Below, in pieces: positions 27,761 to 38,511 of a stretch of 64,000 nt of DNA. Where the stretch lies: assembly GCA_028690665.1 (NCBI GenBank), contig JAQVAV010000008.1, positions 113,273 to 177,272 of the forward strand. The letters run 5' to 3'. The first letter of the stretch is position 1. Each line of letters begins with the position of its first letter. A program made the position numbers and the translations under genes. The notes below the pieces were generated by a model that worked only from the letters and a program-made list of their open reading frames with translations, had not been told where the DNA came from and searched no databases. The DNA is from Paludibacter sp. (GTDB lineage Bacteria; Bacteroidota; Bacteroidia; Bacteroidales; Paludibacteraceae).

Positions 27761-29500
27761 ATGGTAAAATCTAAATATTTCTTCATCTTTTTTCTCCTTA
27801 TTTCTATTTTTTCCTGTTCTACAGTCAAAAAGTTGCCCGAAAAAAAAACGGTACCGGATCATCTGTCTGTATCTGACCGGCAAAAATTCAAATATCTTTT
27901 CTATGAAGGTATCCGCTTAAAAGAAGAGGGAAAAGTTGACGAGGCATTGTCTGACTTCCAGATGTGCTATCAGCTGGATTCTCTCGATGCGGGACTAAAC
28001 TCCGAACTTGGCAACATCTACGCCGGACTGAAAATGTATGAAGATGCCCGAAAATGCTTCGAGAAATCAGTAAGTTTAGTGCCAGATAACTGGTGGTTCA
28101 ACATGCAGCTTCTTACAGTTTATGTACAGGCCAATAAGGCTGATAAAGCTATAGGACTCATGGAAAAAGTGGAAACCATCTTTCCATACAAAGAAGATGT
28201 TTACCGTATTTTGGAGTCACTTTACAAACAATCCGGACATTTCGACAAAGCGATTACAGCATTCGACAAACTTGAACAGATTGCAGGGATTGATGAATCT
28301 ATTGCCATAGAGAAATTCGGACTCTATCAACAGCTCAAAAAGCCTAAAAAAGCAATTGCAGAAATAGATAAATTAGTTCAGAAATACCCATCCGAACCCC
28401 GATACAAAGTGATTCGCGGAGATATTTATCTGCAACAGGGGCAGCCGGAAAAAGCTTTTGATGTTTACAACAGCGTACTGAAATCTGATCCGGACAACCC
28501 GTATGTTTACGTATCACTTTCCGATTATTATAATAAGACCGGCAGCCCGGAAAAAGCAAACGAAGCAATCGTGAAAGCACTAAAGCTGGATCAATTGGAT
28601 GTTGATCAGAAAATTGACATTCTGGGACAATATGTTCAGAAACTAATACAGGACACCGTAAAGTTGGACGAAACGGAGTCTCTTTTCAAGCTTCTGGTTG
28701 ATAAGTACCCCATGGAAGAACAGGTACATGGTTATTACGCTCTTTTTTTGCAATACAGAAAAAGATATGCCGAAGCAGAATCGGAACTTGAAACAATGCT
28801 GAATATCAATTCTAAAAATGAAAAAACATGGCTTCAGTTGATTCAATTAAAAATCACCAATCAAAATTATTCAGGACTTTTGGATGTTACAAACCGGGCC
28901 ATCGATGCTATGCCCGATAAGGTTCAATGGTATTTTTACAAAGGGATAGCCCTTTTTCAATTGGGAAAGCTTGAAGAAGCACTTAAAACAAATCGTCAGG
29001 CTATCGCATTGACTACCGGGAACCAGCAGGCTCTGAAAAGTGATATTTATGCACAAATAGGCGATATTTATTACAAACTCACGGAAAGGGACAGTGCTTA
29101 TACTGCCTATGATAAAGCCTTGGAAATAAATCCGGCCAACATCTATGTAATGAATAATTATGCTTATTATCTATCCGAACAAAATACAGACCTGAAAAAG
29201 GCCGAAAAATTGAGTGCTAAAACTATAGAGAAAGAACCGAAAAACAGCACTTATCTCGACACTTATGCCTGGATTTTTTATCAACAGGGAAACTATTCAT
29301 TAGCAAAATTCTATATAGAGCGTGCCATCGACAATCTCGAATCAGAAAAAGATGCAGGTGTCGTTCTGGAACATTACGGAGATATTCTTTTCCAAACAGG
29401 TGACAAGGAAAAAGCACTCATCCAATGGAAAAAATCGTATGAGTCGGGGAACAAAACGGATGCTTTAAAAGAAAAAATTGAGGTAAACAGTGCAAAATAA
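27761..29500 (+). CDS. Tetratricopeptide-repeat lipoprotein
   Basis: 579 aa. It has a lipoprotein-type signal (ISIFSC) and TPR-like 34-aa periodicity throughout (A..YY, P.N repeats). Confidence 0.8.
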   Translation: MVKSKYFFIFFLLISIFSCSTVKKLPEKKTVPDHLSVSDRQKFKYLFYEGIRLKEEGKVDEALSDFQMCYQLDSLDAGLNSELGNIYAGLKMYEDARKCFEKSVSLVPDNWWFNMQLLTVYVQANKADKAIGLMEKVETIFPYKEDVYRILESLYKQSGHFDKAITAFDKLEQIAGIDESIAIEKFGLYQQLKKPKKAIAEIDKLVQKYPSEPRYKVIRGDIYLQQGQPEKAFDVYNSVLKSDPDNPYVYVSLSDYYNKTGSPEKANEAIVKALKLDQLDVDQKIDILGQYVQKLIQDTVKLDETESLFKLLVDKYPMEEQVHGYYALFLQYRKRYAEAESELETMLNINSKNEKTWLQLIQLKITNQNYSGLLDVTNRAIDAMPDKVQWYFYKGIALFQLGKLEEALKTNRQAIALTTGNQQALKSDIYAQIGDIYYKLTERDSAYTAYDKALEINPANIYVMNNYAYYLSEQNTDLKKAEKLSAKTIEKEPKNSTYLDTYAWIFYQQGNYSLAKFYIERAIDNLESEKDAGVVLEHYGDILFQTGDKEKALIQWKKSYESGNKTDALKEKIEVNSAK

Positions 29501-29517
29501 CTTAAACCTGAAATCAA

Positions 29518-30336
29518 ATGAAGAAAACTCGGATGAAAATAAAGAAATTACTATTTTTGAGCGCAATTTTTCTTGCCATCGTGGCTTGCAAATCAAAACA
29601 GCAAGTGGAGGTAAAGACTTTACCTAAAAGTCCGATAGCAGAGCTTATCCAAAAAGTACAAAAAGCAGAACCGGTCATACAAACAGCCAACGTTAGCAAG
29701 ATGAATATGTCAATAGACCTTAACGGAAGGGATGCCAGTTTTAATGCGGCCTGCCGCATGGTGAAAGATTCGGTGATACAACTTTCGGTTATTCCGTTTT
29801 TAGGCTACGAGGCATTCAGAATGGATATTGGCACAGACAGCATCAAAATATATGACAAAATGAATCGAAAATTGTATGCTGCCGATTATAATTTTATAGC
29901 TTCCCGATTGGGGGTTCTTGTGAGTTTTTACGATTTACAATCACTCCTGACAGACCACTTCTTTTGTCTCGGGCTTAAAGAGCCAGATTCAGAGGCCTGT
30001 AAAACAAAGAATATTTCAGACCAAAAACGAAACATTACTTTTGAAAAAGAGAATATAATACAAAACAGTACGGTTAATGGTAATTACAGGATTGAAGCAG
30101 TTGAGTTCGGATCAAAAACCAACAAATACAAAATGAAAGTTTTATATAAAGATATTGCTATGTTCGACAGCATCGCCTTTCCGCAACAGATAAGTCTTTC
30201 GACTGACAATGACACACAGTATCTGAATTGTGATTTTAATATTTCAAAAGCAAACTTCAATAAACCGGTTAAATTTACGAAACTTGACGAATCCCGTTTT
30301 ACCCGGGAAGACATTCAAAAAATACTTAAAAAATAG
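29518..30336 (+). CDS. Lipoprotein of unknown function (DUF4292-like)
   Basis: 272 aa. It has a lipoprotein signal (LAIVAC). The family name is recalled from the conserved dut-TPR-DUF4292-M23 neighbourhood in Bacteroidales and is not verified. Confidence 0.55.
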   Translation: MKKTRMKIKKLLFLSAIFLAIVACKSKQQVEVKTLPKSPIAELIQKVQKAEPVIQTANVSKMNMSIDLNGRDASFNAACRMVKDSVIQLSVIPFLGYEAFRMDIGTDSIKIYDKMNRKLYAADYNFIASRLGVLVSFYDLQSLLTDHFFCLGLKEPDSEACKTKNISDQKRNITFEKENIIQNSTVNGNYRIEAVEFGSKTNKYKMKVLYKDIAMFDSIAFPQQISLSTDNDTQYLNCDFNISKANFNKPVKFTKLDESRFTREDIQKILKK

Positions 30337-30338
30337 CT

Positions 30339-31604
30339 ATGTCATACAGGAAAGTAAATATATTCCTTTTAATTGTTATCCTCATTATAAATTTATCGGG
30401 ATTACAGGCCCAGACCGTAAAGGAACTTGAACGTCAGCGCAAACAGACTTTGCAGATGCTTGAATCGACCAATAAAATGCTCAACGAAACTAAAAAATCG
30501 CAAAAATCTTCGATCAACAAACTGAGCATTTTAAATAAAAATATAAACGAACGTAAAAAGTTGATTAAGAATATTTCATCTGAAATAAATCAACTCGATA
30601 CCGAAATGGGCCGACTCAGTAACGAATCCCGCGTACTGAATAACAAACTGAAAGTTCTTAAAAACGATTATGCAAAACTAGTTCAAGAAGAACACGTCAA
30701 CAGAAGTATTTACAACAAAATTATGTTTGTACTTTCTGCCAAAACTTTTGACCAGTCATATCGCCGGTTGCGGTATCTGCAGGAATTTACCTCTTACCGC
30801 AAAGAGCAGGTTTACGAAATTGAAAATATCAGGAATCAGATATTACAAAAAAACGATAGCCTGAACCAGCACAAAACAACCAAGGTAAAGGTTGTACAAC
30901 AAAAAGAAGTTGAGGCTAAAAAATTGACCACTGATCAGACAAAAGAAAAGTCGGTTTTAAACGGATTGAAAAAAAAGGAATCTCAATTACGTACTAATCT
31001 TAAAAAACAACAGAAAAAAGCAGATGATCTGAATAAAAAAATTGAACGTTTAATTGCCGAAGAAATTAGAAAAGCAGAAGAAAAAAGAAGGGCCGAAGCT
31101 AAAAAATCAGGAAGCAAAGAAACTAAAACAGACAGCAAATCGTCTTCTTCGGGAGTTTATGCGCTGACAAAAGAGGAGAAGCTAATTTCAGGGAACTTTG
31201 CAGCCAACAAAGGACGACTCCCCTGGCCTACATCAAACGGATATATTAGCGGACATTATGGAATTCAGCCACATCCGGTTCTGAAACACGTGACTACCAA
31301 CAATAAGGGAATTTACATTCAGACACCGGCAGGCAGCAATTGCAGAGCCGTATTTGAGGGAACAGTCACACAGCGTTTCTCTATTCCGGGCAGCAACAAC
31401 GCCGTTATTATTCAACACGGCGAGTACCGGACGGTTTATGCTAACCTGACGAGTATTTATGTCAATGTTGGCGATAAAGTAAGTGCAAAGCAGGCTATCG
31501 GTAAAATTTACACGGACAGTGAAAACGATAATAAAACAGAACTCTATTTCCAGATATGGAAAGGTAGAACACTGCAAAATCCAGAAAGCTGGATAACTAA
31601 ATAG
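30339..31604 (+). CDS. EnvC-like murein hydrolase activator (coiled coil + degenerate M23/LytM domain)
   Basis: 421 aa. It has a signal peptide and about 230 aa of K/E/Q-rich coiled coil. The C-terminal LytM fold has its metal ligands substituted: NKGIYIQ for HxGxD, YANL for YAHL, and ELYFQI for HLHFEI. Confidence 0.8.
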   Translation: MSYRKVNIFLLIVILIINLSGLQAQTVKELERQRKQTLQMLESTNKMLNETKKSQKSSINKLSILNKNINERKKLIKNISSEINQLDTEMGRLSNESRVLNNKLKVLKNDYAKLVQEEHVNRSIYNKIMFVLSAKTFDQSYRRLRYLQEFTSYRKEQVYEIENIRNQILQKNDSLNQHKTTKVKVVQQKEVEAKKLTTDQTKEKSVLNGLKKKESQLRTNLKKQQKKADDLNKKIERLIAEEIRKAEEKRRAEAKKSGSKETKTDSKSSSSGVYALTKEEKLISGNFAANKGRLPWPTSNGYISGHYGIQPHPVLKHVTTNNKGIYIQTPAGSNCRAVFEGTVTQRFSIPGSNNAVIIQHGEYRTVYANLTSIYVNVGDKVSAKQAIGKIYTDSENDNKTELYFQIWKGRTLQNPESWITK

Positions 31605-31680
31605 TGATTAGTGATAAAGTAGTTAGGTTTCAATAACATAAGGAGATGATAATTTAATAAAACATAAGGCGAAAGCACAT

Positions 31681-31688
31681 TACTTTTG
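31681..31688 (+). promoter_or_regulatory. Candidate -7 box TACTTTTG for parE (short leader)
   Basis: Matches TAnnTTTG, 17 nt before the ATG at 31706. Confidence 0.35.
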
Positions 31689-31705
31689 CTACTCATTTTG
31701 ATTGT

Positions 31706-33586
31706 ATGGAAGAATTAGATTTAACACAACAACAGGTTGATTACGGAGACAGTAACATTATCACGCTCGAAGGGCTTGAACATGTTCGCCGTCGCCCGGG
31801 AATGTATATCGGTAAACTTGGCGATGGAAGTCATGCTGATGATGGAATCTATGTTCTCCTGAAAGAAGTATTGGATAACTGCATCGACGAATACCGCATG
31901 GGGGCGGGAAAAACAGTGGAAGTACGTGTAAAAGATGGTCACGTTGAAGTTCGTGATTATGGTCGCGGTATTCCTTTGGGAAAAATGGTTGATGCCGTTT
32001 CGATTATGAATACCGGAGGAAAATATGACTCCAAAGCTTTTAAAAAATCCGTCGGATTGAATGGTGTCGGTACCAAAGCCGTAAATGCTCTCTCAGCAAA
32101 ATTTACGGTGCAGAGCTATCGGGATGGACAAACCCGCCGGGCAACATTCGAACAGGGAAAAATTGTTGAAGATTCGGGTATTTTTGAAGATAAATCAACG
32201 GAGCACGGCACTTATGTGTATTTCGTTCCGGATGACACGCTTTTCCCCGATTACTTATATAAAGATGATTTTATAGAAACCATGTTGAGAAACTATGCTT
32301 ATCTCAACACCGGATTATCAATTATCTTTAACGGTAAAAAAATTCTTTCGAAAAACGGATTGCTTGATTTACTAAACGAAAATATCACCTCCGAACCGCT
32401 TTATCCGATTATTCATCTGAAAGGGGAAGATATTGAAATTGCATTTACTCACAGCGATCAGTATGGCGAAGAATATTATTCGTTTGTCAACGGACAGCAT
32501 ACAACTCAGGGTGGTACTCATCAAAGTGCATTCCGCGAGGCTGTCGGACGCACTATCAAGGAGTTTTACAACAAAAACCATGAGCTGACCGATATCCGCA
32601 ACGGTATCATAGCCGCCATTGCTATCAGTGTGGAAGAGCCTGTGTTCGAAAGCCAGACAAAAACGAAACTTGGTTCCCGGGATATGGCTCCCACCGGGGG
32701 ACTTTCCGTCAATAAATTTATTTCGGATTTTCTGAAAAAAGAACTCGACAATTATCTGCACATAAATAGTGAGACAGCCAATATTATGTTGCAGAAAATT
32801 CAAGATTCGGAAAAAGAACGAAAAGCCATTGCCGGAGTGACGAAACTTGCCCGTGAACGTGCAAAAAAAGTGAATCTGCACAACCGCAAATTGCGCGATT
32901 GCCGCATTCACTACAGCGATACTCCGGGTAAAGATGAGCATAAAAATCAGTTGATCGAAGGTTCGGCTATCTTTATTACCGAAGGAGACTCTGCAAGCGG
33001 ATCTATTACCAAAAGCCGGGATGTAAATACTCAGGCGGTATTCAGTCTTCGTGGGAAACCTTTAAACAGCTATGGCCTAACCAAAAAAATTGTTTATGAA
33101 AACGAAGAATTCAATCTTTTACAAGCAGCACTTAACATCGAAGATGGTATAGAAGGGCTGCGTTACAACAAAGTAATTGTGGCTACCGATGCCGATGTAG
33201 ACGGCATGCACATTCGTTTATTGTTAATCACATTTTTTCTGCAATTTTTTCCGGATCTGATTAAAAAAGGGCACGTATATATCCTTCAAACACCGCTTTT
33301 CAGGGTACGCAATAAAAAGGAAACGATTTATTGTTATTCGGATGAGGAGCGCTTAGCCGCCATTGCCAAACTTGGTTCGAATCCCGAAATTACCCGTTTT
33401 AAAGGACTGGGAGAAATTTCTCCGGATGAGTTCAAGCATTTTATTGGCAAAGATATGCGCCTTGATCAGGTTACACTGAAAAAAGAGGATGCCGTACAGG
33501 ATTTACTTTCCTTCTATATGGGAAAAAACACTTCGGATCGCCAGAATTTTATTATTGATAATCTGGTGATTGAGGAAGATGTTTAA
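31706..33586 (+). CDS. parE: DNA topoisomerase IV subunit B (type IIA topoisomerase ATPase subunit)
   Basis: 626 aa. GHKL motifs are [18 protein letters not shown] and GLNGVGTKA. Toprim motifs are EGDSASGS and DADVDGMHI. Its length, and the absence of the long GyrB insertion, favour ParE. Confidence 0.88.
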   Translation: MEELDLTQQQVDYGDSNIITLEGLEHVRRRPGMYIGKLGDGSHADDGIYVLLKEVLDNCIDEYRMGAGKTVEVRVKDGHVEVRDYGRGIPLGKMVDAVSIMNTGGKYDSKAFKKSVGLNGVGTKAVNALSAKFTVQSYRDGQTRRATFEQGKIVEDSGIFEDKSTEHGTYVYFVPDDTLFPDYLYKDDFIETMLRNYAYLNTGLSIIFNGKKILSKNGLLDLLNENITSEPLYPIIHLKGEDIEIAFTHSDQYGEEYYSFVNGQHTTQGGTHQSAFREAVGRTIKEFYNKNHELTDIRNGIIAAIAISVEEPVFESQTKTKLGSRDMAPTGGLSVNKFISDFLKKELDNYLHINSETANIMLQKIQDSEKERKAIAGVTKLARERAKKVNLHNRKLRDCRIHYSDTPGKDEHKNQLIEGSAIFITEGDSASGSITKSRDVNTQAVFSLRGKPLNSYGLTKKIVYENEEFNLLQAALNIEDGIEGLRYNKVIVATDADVDGMHIRLLLITFFLQFFPDLIKKGHVYILQTPLFRVRNKKETIYCYSDEERLAAIAKLGSNPEITRFKGLGEISPDEFKHFIGKDMRLDQVTLKKEDAVQDLLSFYMGKNTSDRQNFIIDNLVIEEDV

Positions 33587-33631
33587 TCAGTGAACAGTTG
33601 ACAGTTAATAGTTGAAAATTAATAATTACAG

Positions 33632-34111
33632 ATGGTCATCAACTATCTTTCCGAAAATGATCCGCGCGAGCAACAGAGTCCCGATCAGTATTTTATGCGT
33701 CAGGCTCTGATTGAGGCTCAGAAAGCCGGGGAGTGCGACGAGGTTCCTGTCGGTGCAGTTATTGTTTGTCAGGGACGCATTATTGCACGGGGACATAACC
33801 TCACCGAAACTCTGACTGATGTTACCGCTCACGCTGAAATGCAGGCAATTACAGCTGCGGCTCAATTTTTGGGCGGAAAGTATCTGATCGATTGCACATT
33901 ATATGTCACGGTGGAGCCATGCATTATGTGTGCAGGAGCGCTTGGCTGGTCGCAAATCAGCCGCATTGTGTACGGAGCTGCCGATGAAAAACGAGGTTTC
34001 ACACGCTTTGCTCCGGCGGCATTACATCCTAAAACCGAGGTGGTTTTTGGAGTTCTTGAAGAAGAATGCAGCCAATTGGTGAAAGACTTTTTTAAAAAGA
34101 AACGGAATTGA
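33632..34111 (+). CDS. tadA: tRNA adenosine(34) deaminase
   Basis: 159 aa. Deaminase zinc motifs are HAEMQAI and PCIMCAGAL, preceded by EVPVGAVIV. Confidence 0.9.
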   Translation: MVINYLSENDPREQQSPDQYFMRQALIEAQKAGECDEVPVGAVIVCQGRIIARGHNLTETLTDVTAHAEMQAITAAAQFLGGKYLIDCTLYVTVEPCIMCAGALGWSQISRIVYGAADEKRGFTRFAPAALHPKTEVVFGVLEEECSQLVKDFFKKKRN

Positions 34112-34124
34112 GAATAAGACAATT

Positions 34125-35237
34125 TTAATATTCAAAATCAATCACCACTAATTCCGATTGAGTTCCAATACGGTACTGCGGTCCCCAGAGGCCAAGTCCG
34201 GAAGAAACGTAATAGTGAGTTTTTCCTTTTTTCAAATAGCCGTGTCCAAGTTCATACATACGTTTTACAAACCAATTTCCGGGGAAAAATTGCCCATCAT
34301 GCGTATGCCCCGAAATTTGTAGATCAACATTATTTTCTGCTGCTTCCAGATTAAACGGTTGATGATCCAATAATATTACAGGCTTTGCAGGATCAATTCC
34401 TTTTTCAATTTCAGCCAATGTTTTTCGGTGATGATTTGTTTTATCATCGCGTCCTACAACATAAAAATCATTATCAACCAAAGCTACAGAATCGCGCAAA
34501 AAGGTAATTCCGCTTTTTTGAAGGTATTGTGCCGTAGCATAAGGATTTTCGGAATAATATTCATGATTTCCGCTTACCGCATAAATTCCCATGGGAGCCT
34601 TTATTTGCCAGAATTCTTCTTCCATTTTCTGTTTTACTAACGGAATAGTAGACCGATCGGAAACATCGCCGGCCAGCAACACAATATCCGGATTTTGAGC
34701 ATTCATCAAACTGACATATTTTTTCAGGCGGGATTTATCGATGGAAACACCCAAATGAATATCGCTCGCTGCAACAATCCGTATTTTTTTATGCTGCAAA
34801 GGTTTTTCTGCCGTGAGGTTTAAATGCACAACTTTCGGATGGTTAAATTTGTAGTTGCCGATTATCATGCTTACAAATATAATAGCAGCACTCCCTGCAA
34901 ACATCCAAAGACGCAAAGTTTTCATTCCCGCAGGGGCAAAATGAAATGCCAGATTAAGAATCCGCACAACATCGGTCATCAGGAAAGACAAGAGAAGGTA
35001 AATTACAATAAGCATATAGCTATAGCCGGCAAAAGTAACCGCTTTAGCTACCGGTTGCGGCATAGCATTAGGGAATATCATGCCGGCCAAAAGTGATAAA
35101 AAAAGAATTATATTAAATCCAATATACCAGTATCTCAGATTGCCTACATCAGCTAAAACCTGCCATCCACGCAATGTAACATAAAATGTCATCAACAAAG
35201 TGAAGGCAAACATGAAAAAAAAGAACATATAACGCAT
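34125..35237 (-). CDS. Membrane-anchored metallophosphoesterase (YkuE-like)
   Basis: 370 aa. It has four N-terminal TM helices followed by the calcineurin-like motifs ASDIHLG, AGDVSD, GNHEY and GHTHDG. Confidence 0.85.
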   Translation of the reverse strand: MRYMFFFFMFAFTLLMTFYVTLRGWQVLADVGNLRYWYIGFNIILFLSLLAGMIFPNAMPQPVAKAVTFAGYSYMLIVIYLLLSFLMTDVVRILNLAFHFAPAGMKTLRLWMFAGSAAIIFVSMIIGNYKFNHPKVVHLNLTAEKPLQHKKIRIVAASDIHLGVSIDKSRLKKYVSLMNAQNPDIVLLAGDVSDRSTIPLVKQKMEEEFWQIKAPMGIYAVSGNHEYYSENPYATAQYLQKSGITFLRDSVALVDNDFYVVGRDDKTNHHRKTLAEIEKGIDPAKPVILLDHQPFNLEAAENNVDLQISGHTHDGQFFPGNWFVKRMYELGHGYLKKGKTHYYVSSGLGLWGPQYRIGTQSELVVIDFEY

Positions 35238-35408
35238 AATTTTATTTATTCATTGAAACTCAATGTGAAAATAACACAAAAACGAGACATTAGTTTTTAT
35301 TGCTAACAGATTTTAAGGATTTAAACAGAAATGAAACTTATACACAGAAAGAATCAAATCAGGCAGCAATAGTTACAATTCCAACCTTTTTGTTGCATAA
35401 TTTTTATT

Positions 35409-35416
35409 TATTTTTG
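35409..35416 (+). promoter_or_regulatory. Candidate -7 box TATTTTTG for the GH2 gene
   Basis: Matches TAnnTTTG, 42 nt upstream of the ATG at 35458. Confidence 0.4.
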
Positions 35417-35457
35417 CAACAATCTTTCTAACATTTCTTCAGAATATATTAAGCACC

Positions 35458-37971
35458 ATGAAAAAGCTTGTACTTGTATTTCTCTCATTTTATGTTGTAA
35501 CTGCGTTTGCCATTAATTTTCCTACCATTGAAAATCCCCGCAGAATTGTTGACTTCAACCGCAATTGGAAATTTTTGTTGAATGATACTCTGATCCAAGG
35601 ATCAGATGTAAAAATAGATGATACGAAATGGAGAACACTCAATTTGCCACACGACTGGAGTATTGAATCTGATTTCAGTAAAGATTTTCCGGCAACTCCT
35701 GGTGGAGGTGCACTCCCCGGAGGCATTGGCTGGTACCGGAAAACATTTTCTATTGATAAAAAGGATAAGGCTAAAAAAGTTTTTATAGAATTTGATGGCG
35801 TTTATCGAAATAGTGAAGTTTGGGTAAATGGCTCTTTTATCGGGAAACGTCCGAATGGATATATTTCTTTCAGTTACGACATTACGCCTTATCTTAAGTT
35901 TGGCGAGGAAAACATCATTGCTATCCGTGCAGACAATCATGACCAGCCGAACTCACGCTGGTATTCAGGTTCAGGCATTTATCGTAATGTCCGTTTAGTT
36001 TTTACTTCCCCCGTTTATATTCCGCAATGGGGAACAAGTGTTACTACGCCCCGTATCAATGCCGATAGCGCTGATATTACGATTGAGACCTTGGTGAAAA
36101 ATGAAATGAAGGTGCGGAAAGAAATTAAAATTGAACAAAACTTGTACGATGCCGCCGGAAATTTGCTTACACAAACGGATGGCAATGTCATTGCTCTAAA
36201 AGATAGCACCCGGAATCTGATTCAAAACCTCGTGGTTCACAAGCCTGTACTTTGGGACATCAATAATCCGTATTTATATAAAATTGTTACACGGGTTTAT
36301 GTTTTCGGACTACTGAAAGATGAATACGAAACTTTTGTTGGTATTCGTTCTTTTAAATTTGACGTCGAAAAAGGTTTTTTTCTCAACGGACGTTCCGTAA
36401 AAATCAACGGAGTTTGCAATCATCACGATCTGGGCGCTCTCGGAACTGCAATAAACACCCGCGCATTAGAACGCCAACTGGAAATTTTAAAAAATATGGG
36501 GGTAAATGCTATCCGGACTTCTCACAATCCTCCGGCTCCCGAATTACTCGATCTTTGCGACCGTATGGGATTTATTGTCATGGACGAAGCTTTCGATATG
36601 TGGAAAAAGAAGAAAACCAAATACGATTATTCGCTGGATTTCGATATGTGGCACGAACGGGATTTGACAGATCAAATCAAACGGGACAGAAACCATCCTT
36701 CGGTTATAATTTGGAGCATTGGCAATGAAGTTGGCGAACAATGGGGTGATACCCCTGCTGAAGATGTTGATTTGCAGAAAGCCAATATTGCATTAAACAA
36801 TATGAAAGTAAAGGAAACTGAAGATGTAAAAAAAGGAAAGTACGGCAAAAATGCTTTATTGACAAAACATTTGGCTGATATTGTGCACAAAACAGATCCG
36901 ACACGACCGGTAACGGCCGGTTGCAACGGCACAGAAGATTCTAACCCCTTATTTCAGTCCGGAGCACTCGATCTGATCGGGTTCAATTACCACGAGAGTC
37001 AGTTTGCCGATATAACCAAACATTTTCCTCAGACTCCTTTTATTGTAACAGAATCGGTTTCGGCACTGCAAACACGTGGATATTATGTCAATCCGTCCGA
37101 CTCGGTCATTATTGCTCCGAAACGCTGGGATTTGCCTTATACTAATCCGAGCCAGCAATGTTCGGCTTACGACAACTGCCGTGCGCCGTGGGGATCGACA
37201 CACGAAAATAACTGGAAAATTATCAAAAAGTATCCGCATGTCTCGGGTCAGTTCATTTGGGCCGGATTTGATTATCTGGGTGAGCCTACTCCTTATTGGT
37301 GGCCATCGCGCAGTTCGTTTTTCGGAATTGTAGATTTGGCAGGTTTCCCAAAAGACGTTTATTACATGTACCAAAGTGAATGGACAGATAAAACCGTGTT
37401 GCACATTTTCCCGCATTGGAACTGGTCAGCAGGCGACACCATCGATGTCTGGGCTTATTACAATAAAGCCGATGAAGTTGAATTGTACCTGAATAGAAAA
37501 TCACTCGGCAAACGCAGTAAAACGAGGGATGATCTTCATGTAATGTGGCGTGTGCCTTATGTACCGGGAACGCTTAAAGCCATTTCCCGAAAAGGAGGAA
37601 AAACTGTTCTTGAAAAAGAAATGAAAACAGCAGGTCTGCCAATGAGTATAAAACTCTCCGCCGATCGCCCGGCTATCAAAGCTGACGGCTACGATCTGTC
37701 GTTTGTAACAGTCGAGTTACTTGACAAAGATGGAACGCTATGTCCGTTGGCTAATAATTTAGTAAAATTCAGTGTTATGGGAACAGGTTTTATTGCCGGA
37801 ACGGACAACGGAAATGAAAATGATCATAATTCTCTCAAAAAACCGGAACGGAATCTTTTTTATGGTAAATGTTTAGCTATTATTCAAAACAACGGCAAAC
37901 CCGGAACAATAACGCTTACGGCCGAAGTAGCCGGATTACCTGTAGCAAAAACGGAAATCCGTTGTGAATAA
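35458..37971 (+). CDS. Glycoside hydrolase family 2 protein (beta-galactosidase-like), secreted
   Basis: 837 aa. It has a signal peptide, the sugar-binding domain LPHDWSIE, a TIM barrel with NHHDLGALG, NAIRTSHNPP and the acid/base region IIWSIGNE, and C-terminal Ig-like domains. Confidence 0.9.
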   Translation: MKKLVLVFLSFYVVTAFAINFPTIENPRRIVDFNRNWKFLLNDTLIQGSDVKIDDTKWRTLNLPHDWSIESDFSKDFPATPGGGALPGGIGWYRKTFSIDKKDKAKKVFIEFDGVYRNSEVWVNGSFIGKRPNGYISFSYDITPYLKFGEENIIAIRADNHDQPNSRWYSGSGIYRNVRLVFTSPVYIPQWGTSVTTPRINADSADITIETLVKNEMKVRKEIKIEQNLYDAAGNLLTQTDGNVIALKDSTRNLIQNLVVHKPVLWDINNPYLYKIVTRVYVFGLLKDEYETFVGIRSFKFDVEKGFFLNGRSVKINGVCNHHDLGALGTAINTRALERQLEILKNMGVNAIRTSHNPPAPELLDLCDRMGFIVMDEAFDMWKKKKTKYDYSLDFDMWHERDLTDQIKRDRNHPSVIIWSIGNEVGEQWGDTPAEDVDLQKANIALNNMKVKETEDVKKGKYGKNALLTKHLADIVHKTDPTRPVTAGCNGTEDSNPLFQSGALDLIGFNYHESQFADITKHFPQTPFIVTESVSALQTRGYYVNPSDSVIIAPKRWDLPYTNPSQQCSAYDNCRAPWGSTHENNWKIIKKYPHVSGQFIWAGFDYLGEPTPYWWPSRSSFFGIVDLAGFPKDVYYMYQSEWTDKTVLHIFPHWNWSAGDTIDVWAYYNKADEVELYLNRKSLGKRSKTRDDLHVMWRVPYVPGTLKAISRKGGKTVLEKEMKTAGLPMSIKLSADRPAIKADGYDLSFVTVELLDKDGTLCPLANNLVKFSVMGTGFIAGTDNGNENDHNSLKKPERNLFYGKCLAIIQNNGKPGTITLTAEVAGLPVAKTEIRCE

Positions 37972-38114
37972 TAGAATACAGTAATTTTATTGAAATTTCT
38001 CAAACAGGCGGAAACCATTTTGTATTTTTACAACAAATTCAAAGAACTGAAAATTACTTTTATAAAAACAGCAAGAAAAAGTTATCAACAATTTGCCAGT
38101 TCAAAAAAAACATC

Positions 38115-38122
38115 TATTTTTG
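38115..38122 (+). promoter_or_regulatory. Candidate -7 box TATTTTTG for rpmH
   Basis: Matches TAnnTTTG, 49 nt upstream of the ATG at 38171. Confidence 0.5.
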
Positions 38123-38170
38123 CAGTCCCAATTCGCAAATACAGAATAATAATAAAAAACATCATAAGCA

Positions 38171-38329
38171 ATGAAAAGGACATTCCAACCTTCACAGAGG
38201 AAAAGAAGAAACAAACACGGTTTTCGTGAAAGAATGGCAACTGCCAACGGTCGCCGAGTATTAGCAGCCCGTCGTGCTAAAGGAAGATCAAAACTTACCG
38301 TTGCCGATGAAGGACGTCACAAGATGTAA
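38171..38329 (+). CDS. rpmH: 50S ribosomal protein L34
   Basis: Hand translation gives [52 protein letters not shown], 52 aa. This is the canonical L34 sequence. It is missing from the ORF track, which has a 60-aa cut-off. Confidence 0.93.
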   Translation: MKRTFQPSQRKRRNKHGFRERMATANGRRVLAARRAKGRSKLTVADEGRHKM

Positions 38330-38350
38330 TAATCCTGCTTAAAAACGCAT

Positions 38351-38390
38351 AAAAAAAGTAAAGGCTTCGACTGAGGTTTTTACTTTTTTT
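38351..38390 (+). terminator. Intrinsic terminator after rpmH
   Basis: An A7-GTAAA arm pairs with TTTAC-T7 and extends inward through GGCTTC/GAGGTT. The G.U wobbles exist only in the plus-strand RNA, and the loop is GACT. Confidence 0.6.
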
Positions 38391-38425
38391 GTTTTAATAT
38401 CAGTCAGACTAAGCAATAAATTCAT

Positions 38426-38433
38426 TACTTTTG
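38426..38433 (+). promoter_or_regulatory. Candidate -7 box TACTTTTG for the PASTA-rluD-ddl unit
   Basis: Matches TAnnTTTG, 79 nt upstream of the ATG at 38512. Confidence 0.4.
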
Positions 38434-38511
38434 AGAAATATTTTATAGTTCTGAAAATAAGATATGTCCTTATACCAACAAGTATTTACAACTTAATTCC
38501 AAAAACGGTCT

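Noticed and set aside
32372-32941. 189-aa minus-strand ORF, the longest unexplained ORF in the track
   Set aside because: It lies entirely antisense within the high-confidence parE gene. Its composition is low-complexity (F, I, K and N rich), it has no motif, and there is no promoter box. This is a typical shadow ORF in AT-rich DNA.
36949-37416. 155-aa minus-strand ORF and several 60-110-aa ORFs inside the GH2 gene
   Set aside because: All are antisense or out of frame within a gene whose motifs run uninterrupted. They have no independent signals.
37990-38229. 79-aa plus-strand ORF in the GH2-rpmH spacer
   Set aside because: It runs through the rpmH promoter box and overlaps the rpmH start in another frame. 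rpmH (38171-38329) is unmistakable, and the 79-aa product is K/I/F-rich low complexity.
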